DNA from: Eledone cirrhosa
Taxonomy: Eukaryota
DNA length: 64,000 nucleotides
Reading direction: 5' to 3'
NCBI GenBank assembly: GCA_964016885.1
Contig: OZ024740.1
Coordinates: forward strand, 342,612,001 to 342,676,000
Notes under the pieces: model-generated
Seen by the model: the letters and a program-made list of their open reading frames with translations, nothing else
Database searches by the model: none
Told to the model about the DNA's origin: nothing
Shown here: positions 12,790 to 25,744 of the stretch, one piece after another
Layout of the letters: the number at the start of each line of letters is the position of its first letter
How positions within the stretch are numbered: position 1 is the first letter of the stretch
Program-made: the position numbers and the translations under genes

Positions 12790-13400
12790 TGGCACCATTA
12801 ATCTGCTGCATTAATCGTTTTGTTGGACTAACAGTTTTGCAATAATTAGGGATAAATGTAAGCAAAGTAGGCTAGGAGTTTTCCCAAATCACTGGTAATA
12901 ACTTTGAAGGTTCTTGTTATGTGTTATTCATAACTAGAGAGGGTGGTGCACGGAACTGCTCGCTTGTTATGTCTAGTGATTGTGTTTTTGTACTAGTGAA
13001 AGAGACTAAGTTGTCATGTGCTCCATGTCGTGTGAGGTATTTAAGTTGTTTGTGGATGACACTTATCTTCAGAAGGTTAAAGAAAAGTAAAGGAGCATGT
13101 GTTGTGATAGAAAACAGCAGATAGGTCATTAATGTACAAAAGGGAGGATGAGGGATAGAACCAAACAATGTAGGTGGGAGAGCTCTGTCAGTACATGCTG
13201 TGATGGTGCAATCTAACAAGAAACTTCTGATAGTATATTTTACTAGATGGTTCTCATACCAGACATGGTCAAATGCTTTGTTGATACAACAGTGTTTTCA
13301 TTGAGGTTATTAAGAGTGAAGAACTATTGGTGATTGACATAGAAAAACAAGTTCCCAGTAGATTTGACTCAAAACAAGCTACACTGGAAGTTGTTGAGGA
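12790..13400 (-). mobile_element. CR1/Jockey-like RT remnant
   Basis: Minus strand INKAFDHVW and downstream FTSTKTQ-like motifs. Confidence 0.55.
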
Positions 13401-14238
13401 TGGAGAGAGATACTATGTCGAGGTTTACAACTTTTTTCCTTTACCCTTGAGACGTTGAATGTTTGTTAATTAGCAGGGTCAGAGAAGTTGACTCATTAAA
13501 AGAAAATTGTTCATGGCTGAGATCAATTCCTTGGGTGGTGGACTTAATGTAGGTGGTAGAATTAATCCATTGCCAAGTTTAACACCCCCACTTGACTCTT
13601 GGCTACCTTTAGCAGAGTCCAGTCTGTTGCAAGTATTCATACCAGGTCTTTCTGAGGATGCCTTCATTCCTCCAACTCATCTTGGAGGCTCTGAAAACTG
13701 TCATGGGTCTTTTTTTTTCTTGACTAAACAGTAAAAAATATATAAATTCTAAAGCCAAACTACATACCACTAAGCTAATGGATACCAGCCTACTTATTTA
13801 AGTCCTCCTTATCACATCTGCTTTTCCCATACTTGCATAGACCAGACATGCATAGGCTGAGTGCCACTAACAAAGTATATATAACCTCACAGTAACTTAC
13901 TAAAGAGATAGTGAATATCTCACCAAGTGGTTAAGAGGTTTGCTGCACAACTACATGGTTGTAGGTTTGATACAACTTACTGGATTGTCTTCAGCAAAAC
14001 ATAGCTTCACAGTAACTTAGTAAAGAGAGAGTGAATGTATCACTTAGTAAGTATTCAAGAATATAATATATAACATGTAGAAAATTGAATTGGTGCAAAT
14101 CATCTAATTTCTAAACAATTCCATTTTACTTTGTCAAAAGTTATATATTTCTGCATATTTACATAGTGTGTGTGTACGCGAGTGTGTGTAAGTGTGCAGG
14201 TTTGTGTGAAAGTGTTGGGAATAAAGAAGGAAACTTAC

Positions 14239-14366
14239 ATGCTCCAAACTTTATAAACTGCTGGAAAGATGTCAATCGTTATATTATGAAATAATCCACT
14301 TGAAATACCTTCCCTCTTAAACTTCATTAATGTTTCTGTCAGTAAAGTTGATGAGATGTTTAACTG
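14239..14366 (-). CDS. RGSL1-like exon H: QLNISSTLLTETLMKFKREGISSGLFHNITIDIFPAVYKVWS
   Basis: ttttccag| ... |gtaagt, 128 nt, phase 0-2. RGS motifs LNIS and GLFH.....IF.....W. Confidence 0.85.
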
Positions 14367-15439
14367 CTGGAAAATATAGAAAGAACATTTAGGTTCATTA
14401 GAAACCATCGTGGTATATAATTACCACAACGACTTCTTGGTGGCATCCACCATAATATGATCACTACTACATCAAGCACAGACACTTATTAATAGGTAAT
14501 AGCCACAGTTATAGATACCACTTATACAACCACTATCACCAGATTCAGCACTTGGGTATTTAGTGCCCTTGGCTAGCTTTATAATGTGTACCCCTTTCTC
14601 CCAAATAAAAGTATTTTAACTTGCAATTTGATAAGCTGACAAACCTAGTTTTTGACACTTCTTGATCTGACCACACTAAGAAAATTATTAAACCTGCATT
14701 TTCCACTACACGGTCCATACCAAATCATGTTACAGACCATAACACCATACAATCATCCTCTTCACTGCTTTGGATATTTCTACAACATTGCTATGTGGCA
14801 ATGATGTTAGTGATTTATTTACTGATGGCAGGAAAATATTATATATCTAATTTAATTACACAGATTTGTATAAAACTGTCATCTTGTAATGCACCTCTGT
14901 GAGGTCTGCACACCAGGTGGCTGCCTAGTTAGCCTTAACGCTTTAGTATTTAAACCAGCTGTATCTGGCCAGAATTCTCTCACCTCTTTCTGTTCAAACC
15001 AGTTGTAACTGGCTGCTCATACCAATGTTAAGGTATTATTCTCAAAATCAATAATATCAAAATCTCATAGATTCGATATTATGTGAAATAATTATGTGAG
15101 ATAAAGCCTTTTCTGTGAAAATATAATAGTAAATATAGAGTAATCAAAATGCTAAAGGGTTAATGATAGTGCTGGCCCTGACTATCCCCACTACCTCAAT
15201 CACAACTACAATATAACTACTACCACATTTTATTTATCCATGTTTCCAACTATCCACCTTACCAGTTATGCCATCTTGGGAAGGGATCGGATGCAACTGC
15301 ATGTGTTCATGGATGAGGTTTTCTCATGGATGACAAAATGTATAACTAAACCAAACATGGTGTCTGTTAAAGAAAATCAATTTGTTTGACAGGGTTTTGA
15401 GTTTGACACAAAATCCAAAATTTACTCATAGCAGAATTA

Positions 15440-16160
15440 GAGAATAAATTCCAGACATGGAAGCAAAACTTGAAATCAAAAGGTCTTAAAGTCAACTTGG
15501 CAAAGACAAAAGTCCTAGTAAGTACAAAGGAAAACATGGCCCTGACCCCTTAAGGGAAATGGCCTTGCTCAGTGTGCAGGAAAGGTGTGGGTAGAAATTC
15601 CATTCTATGTTCCAAATGCAAATTATGGGTAGACAAGAAATACATCAGGACTTCAGGCAGGTTAGAAAAGAACATTGGCTTTATACATGGTTGATGCATA
15701 AGAGCAGTAAGCAGCAAGAGCTCACATGAAACAAGCTCTATCAAATATTCTGAGAACTCAGTAGAAGTATTTGACAGCTTCTGTGACCTGGGTGACCTAA
15801 TTAGCAGTGGGGGTGGGTATTCCTGAAAGTACAGTAGCCAGAGTGAGAAGAGCATGGAGAAAATGCAGGGAGCTACTACTGCTGCTAGCTACAAAAGTTT
15901 TTTTCCTCAAAATGAAAGGTAGGTTGTATGATGCTTGTGGACGAACAGTAATACTGCATGGAAGTGAGACCTGAGTGCTAAGTGCAGAGGACCTATGAAG
16001 AGTGGAAAGAAATGAAGCTTGCATGCTCTGATAGATGTGTAATAGTTAGCGTACATGATGAATGTACACTAATGGTTAGGGATCAGATGCAGTATGCAGA
16101 AGAGATTGCAGTGGTATGGACATGTGATGCATATGGAGGATAACAGCTGCATAAAAGTAG
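15440..16160 (+). mobile_element. RTE LINE internal fragment
   Basis: GKWPCSVCRKGVGRNS and MKGRLYDAC motifs. Confidence 0.85.
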
Positions 16161-17003
16161 AAGACACTTTCCCAAGTTGCTGCATATTGCAATGAAACCT
16201 GGAAGTATGTTGCAAAGTAAATTTCTTAACCACAGTGTCATGCCTGTATGTATGTATGTATATATATATATAATAATAATACTATTTATAGTTATGTATA
16301 TAGTATAAACAACTATAAACAGGCAGGTCAGTAATTTCTTACTACCTTATTACCAGTAAGAGAAATAGCTCAATGTAAGAACATCAGTTGTTTTACAGAG
16401 CAGGAAAATACTGTTGGAAAACCTACCTGTTGAACAACTATAGTCCATGAATATGAATACAATAAGACTAATTTACAATCCATTGCTTTAACTAACTTAA
16501 ACATTCAATATAAACATTAACTAAAATATAATTCAACATATGTAATGAAAGAGACTGCAGTAACTTTATTCTCCTCAACACACACAAATTCAAACACTAT
16601 CAACATACTATGTCCTTAGATTTTAATACATTACATTTTTGCTTAAAATACAGTATTTATTTATCTATATATGCATAATAACTTTGCTTATTTCCTTCTC
16701 ATATATATGACTAACGCATGTGCACTTTCTACATGCTTGCATATGTATTACTAATGAACTCTTTCTTTCTCAAAGCTCCTTTCACAATGGCTCTTTAATT
16801 ATTAGACTATTCTCATGTATTATCTGTTGCATGTATTCCACTCTGCTTTTAATTTGAATTTGAATTTTTGTACAATTCTCGTAAAATATATGTCACATCC
16901 ATTCCACCCTGTAAATACGAAACTGTTGCTCACAACATCAATATATATGTATCTATATTACTGTTCAGTTGAATAGGAGGTTAATTACATGTACAAACAT
17001 TGA

Positions 17004-17057
17004 TAATGCTCCGATGACTCCAAATGAGAGTTTGGAAGAAACGATTGTCAGCTATTA
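17004..17057 (+). ncRNA. Minimal Penelope-type hammerhead motif with a U4C change
   Basis: AAUGCU-CCGAUGA-CUCCAAA-UGAGAG-UUUGGAA-GAAA-C-GAUU-G-UC/AGCUAUU, followed by an AT-rich tail and (TA)n. Confidence 0.5.
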
Positions 17058-19080
17058 AATGATTTGAACACAACTTTGATAATTGTCTAATTTATTTATT
17101 ATGTATATATATATATATTATCATCATTTAATGCACATTTTTCCATGCTAGCAAGGATTGGACACAGACACACATACCATACATACATATAAAATTATAT
17201 TTTGTTCCAGTAGATAATTTTAAGAAGTCTAAGAATAGATTCCCACTATATTAATATAGCAATTAAATTCCAGGCATGGCTGAATATTTTAATGGTTGGT
17301 TTAGAGTGGAGTTAATTCATTTGATACCAGATTGCCTGAAACTTCCTTTAGTACTATGACACAAAGCAGCTCATTTTTAAAGTGTACATACTTATTTTCA
17401 AACTTTCCATCATAATTAAAGTTAGTTATAATACTAAATTCTTCCAAATTTCCGGATATTTTAAAAACTAATTTGAATCCAATTGGCAGTGTATTTCGTT
17501 AAAAATGTAATAACAAAAGGGTTAAGGTATTTTGAACAGCAATAAGTTAACAGATGCAAGAAAAATATAAGCAGTCTGAAAATAGATTAACTTTTTTGAT
17601 ACTAACCCACCAAAAATGGCTTTGTTTCTAAAAAACAAAACCAACCATTTTGAAGGATTCCTACTTATATTAAAACCTTACAACATAATTTTAGAACCAT
17701 TTGTTAAGTTGCATTACAAATACAATCTTAATTATTAATATTTTTAGTAAATCCCTCAAAATTCTTCAGTAATTAATTCAAATATAATGATGTATTTTAT
17801 TAGAAATATGATCATAAAAGGGTTAATATTCTATAAAAAAAAAACCCACTAAACTAAACATAGCTGTTTCTCAGAGCTGGCTGATCTTAAGTCACCTCCA
17901 AACTCGGTCATCTCTCCTCTTGTTACAGATATCCCCTACTCACAAGTCTGCAATAACTTCTTTTACACCTCTTCCTTCCAAGAATGCCCACCCCATAAAA
18001 TTATCTCCCTACCACAGCCAGTTAAGATCAACTAGGCAGCCACAGAGGATGCAAACCTCATAGAGAAGCAAGCAACTCAATCTTAACCCTTTAGCATTTA
18101 CATTACTCTATATTTACTATTATATTTTCACAGTAAAGGCTTTATTTCACATGATATTGAATCTATGAGATTTTGATATTTATTTTGAGAACAATACCTT
18201 AACATTAGTATGAGTGGCCAGTTACATCCAGTTTGAACAGAAAGAGATGAGAGAATTCTGGCCACATATGCCCGGTTTAAACACTAAAGTGTTAAAGGAT
18301 CAGTTTTATACAAATTTTTATAATTAAACTAAAATATATAATAATTTCCTGTAATCAATAAATAAATTACTAAACATTTTTGCCATGTAGTAACATTAGG
18401 GAAATATCCAAAGAAGTGGACAGGGTCATATGGTGTTTTGACTTGCCACATGATATGATATGGTTGAGCGTGGACTGTGTAGTCGAAAATGCAAAGTTTA
18501 GTCATTTTCTCAGAGTGGTCAAAAACTAGGTTCATCAGCTTACCAAACTGTAAGTTGAAATTATTTTATTTGGGAAAATAGGACATATAACTGGAAGAAT
18601 GGGGTGCCAGCTTTGCTTCCTGCTTATATTTTTCCTACACCTGTTAAATTACAGCCATTCAATCGCAATTGCTCAACCAGTCTCAGTACTTTAACCTTTT
18701 TAATACTAAACCCATTCCCTGGTTCCATGATACAAAGCTGTTTACTTTAAAGAGTTTTTATTTATCTAAAAACCTTCCATCAAATGTTTATGTAAGAACA
18801 TTTGTTAGGTTATGTTCCAATCAGCTTGATAATGAAAAAGTTAGTTACTTTCCTAAATCCTTCCAAATTCTTGATTATTTTGAAAATCATTTGAAAACCA
18901 TAGGCAATATCTTTTATTAGAAATATAGTATTGAAACAGTTAATGAAGCTTGTTGCTTTCTCCCTCTTATTCTAATATAGTTTCAAGATGAATATGAGTG
19001 ATGTTTATGTTTCATATTTAGAGGATGGTCCCTACAAATATGTTGCAACCAATATTAACAAGAAATTAAAAGATAGATAC

Positions 19081-19210
19081 CGATGAACTCGGAGAATTTT
19101 TCTCTGTCTGGAGGTACTCCATAATTATATATCGGGCTTTCCTCTTAAGTAACTGCTTTTCCTTATGTAACCGACCAGACACTTTGAACATTTGAAACAG
19201 CTCTTTATAT
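19081..19210 (-). CDS. RGSL1-like exon G: YKELFQMFKVSGRLHKEKQLLKRKARYIIMEYLQTEKNSPSSS
   Basis: ccttcacag| ... |gtatct, 130 nt, phase 2-0. RGS motif KA..I...YL. Confidence 0.8.
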
Positions 19211-19607
19211 CTGTGAAGGCAATATTGTAAAGATTTTTTTTTTTCAATATGCGATAGTTAAACAAAATTAAGTACCACTTCCCCTGCCAAACATCATATA
19301 ATACTTGCAACATGCAACTAAAGAAATTAGTTAAAATCTGCCCTAAGCCCAGAGGCTCATTTAGGAAGAGTTTACTTCAGTTTCATTGGTGTTAAGCTAC
19401 TGAGAGTACAAGACAAAACACCTTGACAAGACATTAGTCTTCTCCAAGGTTAAACCCCCCCCCCCCCCCCCCAACTGATGCTGGTATTCATTTTCTGAAG
19501 TGGAGTAAAACACTGTGAAATAAAGTGTCTTGCTCAAGGACACAATATGCTGTCTGGTCAAAGAATCAAACCCAAAACCTAGCGATTGTGAGCCTAATGT
19601 TCTAACC

Positions 19608-20299
19608 CAGAAATGGGGAACCTACAGCCCTTTATGTCATTCTGTGCAGCCTTTTAAAAGAATCAAAAATTTCCAACAAATTTTTAATTTTTATTAGTAT
19701 GTTTTTGTCTATCTCTTATTATTTTAATTTAAATCATAAGATGAATGTATTTTAAATACCAAAGAGTAAAAGAAAATTCAATGAAATAATCCACACTGAC
19801 AGACAGCCAAATCATAAGGGCCATTACAATTCTAGAATGTACATTAAATTCCTACTTGACTGGAGCCACTATCACCCAAGGTTGTTTGGTGAGAACCCGC
19901 TAGGATTTAGTACGCCAGTGATTATCAAAGTTTGACAATTATCTATGTGGATTTCCATCTGAAGTAGAATTTTTAAAATATTGCACAACTGGACCAAATA
20001 TTCGTATTTGTTTTGTTTTTGTCAGCTCTAACGCAAGGGCAACTTGAAAAAGGTGGGGGCGTCAAATTTGTGTATTCTTCCCCTGAATTTGAGAAATAAG
20101 ATATTTTGAAAATATAAAGTCATTAAAAGATTAAAAAATTTTTTTTTCGTTTTTCAGATAATCATTTCTATCGGTTATCTTGCCATGCTGCATTCACTTC
20201 TATAGGTTATTTTGATGACATGACTGGCTGCCTACCTCACAATTTCCCTCCCACCACCATAGCCTATTCGACCAATCAAACCTCAGCATGCCATTTCTT

Positions 20300-20333
<34 letters not shown>

Positions 20334-23300
20334 CTAACTCTCTCCTCCCCCGTCCCAGCCCAACACACCCTGCCATTATTACCACCACCACTGTTCTTCT
20401 AGCCCTGAATTTTCCTACCATTATGTATGGATGAGCTGAGAATAAATCGGAGCAACTCTGAATTAATAGATGAAATGAATATGAATCCGCAAGCTACCAA
20501 GCACCCATGTGAAGCCCCAATCCAGAGAGAGGAAGCACACACACACCCCTGCAAAAATCGACCCTTCCCTACGAATGTCGACAAATGCCCAAAACTCCGA
20601 GTTGGTACCATCAATGTAAGCACAATGAAAGGAAGAGCAGGAGAAATTGTAGAAATGCTAGAGCGAAAGGAAATTGGTGTATGCTGTGTGCAAGAGACTA
20701 GATGGAGAGGAGAGTCTGCTAGAGTCCTTGTAGGAAAAAGTCAGTGTTACAAATTTTTCTGGGTGGGAAATGACGATGGGATGGGTGGTGTAGGTATACT
20801 ACTAGCTGACAAGTGGGTAGATAAAGTAATCTCAGTGTACAGGGTAAATGCAAGAATCATTAAACTCAGACTAGTCCTGAATAAAACCAATTACCACAAT
20901 AATATCAGCTTACGCACCCCAATCGGGGTTGCCAGACGAACTTAAGGATAGATTTTACGAGTCCCTAATGCACACTACTGCTCTAACAAACGACAATGAC
21001 CTTCTAATCATCGCAGGAGATTTTAACGGACACGTAGGTAAACACTGTGATGGCTTCAATAGAGTCCATGGAGGCCATGGGGTTGGCATAGGAAATGAAG
21101 TAGGATTCAGACTTCTAGAATTCTGCGACGCCAATGACATGTCGATATGTAACACAAACTTCAAAAAACCCGACAACCACCTGATCACCTATAGATTAGG
21201 GGAGCATTCTAGTCAAATAGATTTTATCATCATCAGAGGACGTGACAGATGGACGGTCGTAAACACAAAAGCCTTCTCTAGTGAGGAATGTACCTCCCAA
21301 CATAGCTTAGTTGCCAGCGACCTCACGGTCAGAACTAGACGAACCTGGAAACAGAGGCCAACCTGGAGAAGAAAGATCTGGAAGCTGAAAGACCCCTCAG
21401 TCAGTAACAGATTTAAAGATATTTTACTCAACGCCTACGACAGTAGAGAAGACCAGATAGAGACATTCAATGTAGACGAGCACAGGGAGTTCCTAAAAAA
21501 TAACTTACTAGAGGTGACAGATGAGGTCTGCGGCTGGAGTAAGACCACAAGCAGGAGGAGAGTGACTTGGTGGTGGAACAATAAAGTAGATGAGGCAGTT
21601 AAGGCCAAGAGACAGGCATGGAAAGAATGGAAGAATGGGGAGAGCAGGGTACATTACATAGAGACCAAGAGGGAAGTTAGGCGACAAGTATACTTAGCTA
21701 GGAGGGAAGCAGAGGATAGAAAATTCAAGCATGTTTTGTAACGTGAGGACCAGAAACAAGAGGTGTTCAAGATTGCGAGGCAGTGTGTCAGAGAGAATTG
21801 TGATGTCATTGGAGAGAAGTGTATACGGAATGATAAAGGTGAGCTTGCCTTCACAAGGGCTGAGAAGAAAGATGCATGGAAGAGTCATTATGATAGATTA
21901 CTAAATGAGGAGAATGCATGGGAAGAAGAGACCCTACCCCAAGTAGACCCTATAGAGGGTCAAGTCAGCAGCAGCGTAGTAAGTAAGGCAATCAAAGATA
22001 TGAAGATGGGGAAGGCAACCGGCCCATCGGGTATAGCTGCTGAGATGCTGAAGGCATCTGGGTCTGTAGGTCACACTATAACCACACGTATTGTTAACCA
22101 GGTAATACTAGAAGGTGTCATACCAAAAGATTGGTGCAGTAGCATCATTGTCAACTGCTACAAAGGTAAAGGTGATGCACTCGATAGAGGAAACTATAGA
22201 GGTATAAAGCTGATGGACCAGGTCATGAAAGTAACAGAAAGAGTTATAGCACAGTTGATTAGGGACCGGGTGAAACTAGATGAGATGCAATTTGGGTTTG
22301 TACCAGGAAGAGGCACCACTGATGACCTCTTCCTTGTGAGGCAGTTACAGGAAAAGTACCTAGCTAAAAGTAAGCCACTCTACCTGGCATTCGTCGATCT
22401 CGAGAAAGCCTTTGACAGAGTTCCACGTGCTGTAATCTGGTGGGCTCTTAGAAAACTAGGAGTAGATCAATGGCTCGTGAAAGCTGTACAAGCCATGTAT
22501 AGGGGAGCAGTCAGCAAAGTTAGGATTAGCAATGAGTATAGCGAGGAATTTAGCGTACAGGTTGGTGTCCACCAGGGCTCTGTTCTTAGCCCTCTCCTGT
22601 TCATCATAGTCCTGCAGGCAATAACGGAGGAGTTTAAGACCGGATGCCCATGGGAACTCCTGTATGCTGATGACCTCGCACTTATAGCTGAATCTATGGT
22701 AGAACTAGAGAAGAAATTCCAAACTTGGAAGCAGGGACTGGAAAGAAAGGGTCTCAAAGTCAACATGTCAATGACTAAGGTCCTTGTAAGTAGATGAGAA
22801 AACAGAACCCAGATCCCCTCAGGGAAATGGCCTTGCTCAGTATGTAGGAAAGGTGTAGGTAGGAACTCCATTCTCTGCCCCAAATGCAAACAACGGGTAC
22901 ACAAGAGATGTAGCGGGATCTCAGGAAGCTTAATTAAGAATGTAGGCTTCACATGCAGCAGCTGTACTGGGACAGCAAGCAGCAAACAGCCACAGGAAAC
23001 AAGTACCACCAATCTCTGGGAGGGCTCTGTAGAGACAGTAGACAGCTTCTGCTACCTAGGTGACCGAATTAGCAGCGGAGGTGGTACAATAACTAGGGTA
23101 AGAACGGGATGGAAGAAGTTCAGGGAACTACTGCCACTGCTAGCTACAAAGGGCTTCTCCCTCAAAATGAAAGGCAGACTGTATGATGCGTGTATCCGAA
23201 CAGCAATGTTACATGGTAGTGAGACCTGGGCGCTGAAGGTGGAAGACTTATGTAGATTAGAGAGAAACGAAGCTTGCATACTCCGATGGATGTGTAATAG

Positions 23301-24043
23301 TAATATACGCGAACGACAAAGCATAAATGAATTGGGAGAGAAACTGAGCATAAGAGGAATCAAATGCTGTGTGCAGGAGAGGCAGTTGCGTTGGTATGGA
23401 CATGTGATGCGTATGAAGGATGACAGCTGCATAAAAAGGTGCAGAGCACTAGAAGTCGATGGAAACCGCGGAGTGGGGAGACCCAAGATGACCTGGGATG
23501 AGGTGATAAAAGCCGACTTTACCCAATTACACCTCTCAAAGGCGATGACACACGACCGTGACCTCTGGCGTCACGCAGTAATAGAGAGAACCCGACCTCC
23601 CATGGGTACAAGCTGAAGCATATAGACAATATGCCCCCACACCGCAAGGTGGTCGTGGAGGTGCCACGGCAAAAAAGCACCCAGCCCACACTGAAAAGTG
23701 AACGTGTAGGCGCCACGAAAAAGCACCCAGCACTCACTGTAAATGAGGTTGGTGTTAGGAAGGGCATCCAGCTGTAGAAATCAAGCCAAATCAGTTCCTG
23801 TATGAGCAAGGCATGGTCAGCCGACCAGACACTGCCCACAACAGGACAACCCGTCTAACCCATGCTAGCGTGGAAGAACGGACGTAAAACGGTGATGATG
23901 AAGATGATGATGACATTGTAATTAGATTTTTACAGAATAATTTAGATTTTAAGAATATATAATTATGATTTCTTGAATGCGGCCTTATTATATTCCAAGT
24001 AACTTAATGTGGCCTTTCAACATGAAACGGTTCACCACCTTGG
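19608..24043. mobile_element. Non-autonomous hAT element hosting the RTE insertion
   Basis: Ends CAGAAATGGGGAACC and GGTTCACCACCTTGG. 8-bp TSD TTCTAACC (19600-19607) / CTCTAACC (24044-24051). Confidence 0.7.
20200..23913 (+). mobile_element. Near-full-length RTE-clade LINE (APE endonuclease plus reverse transcriptase)
   Basis: Endonuclease motifs GTINV, CVQETRW, AGDFNGHVG, SQIDF. RT motifs QFGF, FVDLEKAFDRV, GVHQGSVLSP, LYADD. One frameshift (~20888) and stops at 21739 and 22795. 3' UTR has ~45-bp repeats and a (GAT)n tail. 5' boundary approximate. Confidence 0.95.
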
Positions 24044-24214
24044 CTCTAACCACTAAATTGCAAGCCTTCACAACAAAGAAAGAGGATTAAAACAGAGAAA
24101 GTTAGACATTGAGCGACTGGAGGTAAACTTGTCTTGGGCCCTTAACCCTTCATTGAATTGTAGACACTGTAGTGACATACAGTGTATGCTGGGGATTTAA
24201 ACCTGTGTGTATTA

Positions 24215-25735
24215 TCATCATCATCACCATTTAACGTCAATTTTTCCATGCTAGCATGGGTTAGATGGGTTGTCCCATTGTGAGACAAGCTAGATCAGAT
24301 GATCGCGTCTTGCTCATACAGAACTGTTTCTGGCTTGGTTTCTACGGCTGGATGCCCTTTCTAAGGTCAACCATATTTACAGTATGAAATGGGTGCTTTT
24401 TCGTGGCACCTACACGACCACTTTATAGTGTGGGCTGGGCACTTTTTGTTGTGACATCTACATGACCAGTTTACAGTGTGAACTGGCTGCTGGGGAGGTA
24501 TGTGGGGATTAGAGAGATAGATCTAGGGTGGGGCTCTTATCTGGTGAAGGTGGGACTGTAGAAACATGAATGAGAGGAGGAGGTGTTAGGGCATGGGAGG
24601 TGTATGGAAGAGGGGTAAGTGGTGCATACTAGATGTATGCTTCAACCTGACCACATGGGAAGGTGGGTCTTCTGTATTACTGCATAATGCCAGAAATCTC
24701 GATCTTGTGTCATCGCCTTCAAGAGGTGCAATTGTGTAAAGTCAACTTTTATCACCTTATCCCAAGTCTTCCTACTCCATAGCTTCCAACTTTGAGTGCC
24801 CTGCACATTTTTATGCAGCTGTCATCCTTCATATACATCATATGTCCATACCAATGTATTCTCCTTTCCTAAAAACTACATCTGATCCCTCTTATGCCCA
24901 GTTTCTCTCTCTGTTCATTTATACTTTGTCATTCATGTATATTACTATTACATATCCATCGAAGCATGCCAGCTTCATTTCTTTCCAATCTTCTTAGGTC
25001 CTCTGCACACAGCGCCCAGGCCTCACTACCATGCAACATTGTTATTCATATACACCCGTCATAGAATCTCTCTTTCATTTTGTAGCTAGCAGTGATAGTA
25101 GCTCCCAGAACTTTCTCAATCCTGTCCTCACTCTGGCTACTATACATACAGAACACCCACCTCTACACTGTTAATTTGGTTACCCAGGTAACAAAAACTA
25201 TCAACTACTTCTACTGAGCCCTCTAGCCACTTACTGCACTTTTGCAACGACCATATATAAAACCTGCATTTTTTTGCTAGCCTCCCTGAAATCCCACTAC
25301 ATCTCTTGAGTACCTGTAGTTTACATTTGGGACATAGGATGGAATTTCTACCTACTCCTTTCCTACACACTGAGCAAGGCCATTTCCCTGAGGAAATCTG
25401 GGCCCTGTTTTCCTTTCTGCATACTAGGACTTTGGTCTTTGCTAAGTAGTCTTTAAGACGTTTAGATTCTAGGCCTTGCTTCCAGATTTGGAATTTCTTC
25501 TCTAGTCTGCCATAGATTCAGCTAAAAGAGTTAGGTCATCTGTATACAGAAGTTCCCATGGGCAGCCAGTCTTAAACTCTTCTGTTATAGCCTGCAGGAC
25601 AATGATAAACAGGAGAGGGTTAAGAATGAAGCCCTGATGGACTCCTACGTGCATGCTAAATTCTTCACTATAGTCATTATTAATTCTAATCTTGCTGACT
25701 ATTCCTCTATATATGACTTGTACTGCCCTCACAAG
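24215..25735 (-). mobile_element. 5'-truncated RTE LINE
   Basis: GVHQGFILNP and LYTDD motifs, 3' UTR repeats, (CAT)n tail on the plus strand at 24215. Confidence 0.9.
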
Positions 25736-25744
25736 CCACTCATT

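Noticed and set aside
16820-16908. Possible alternative terminal exon after exon G
   Set aside because: It would truncate the RGS domain and sits next to a Penelope-like hammerhead, so it is more likely element debris.
22467-23486. Antisense ORFs of 181 and 144 aa, and similar ones near 25.7-26.3 and 30.9 kb
   Set aside because: Shadow frames of RTE coding sequence.
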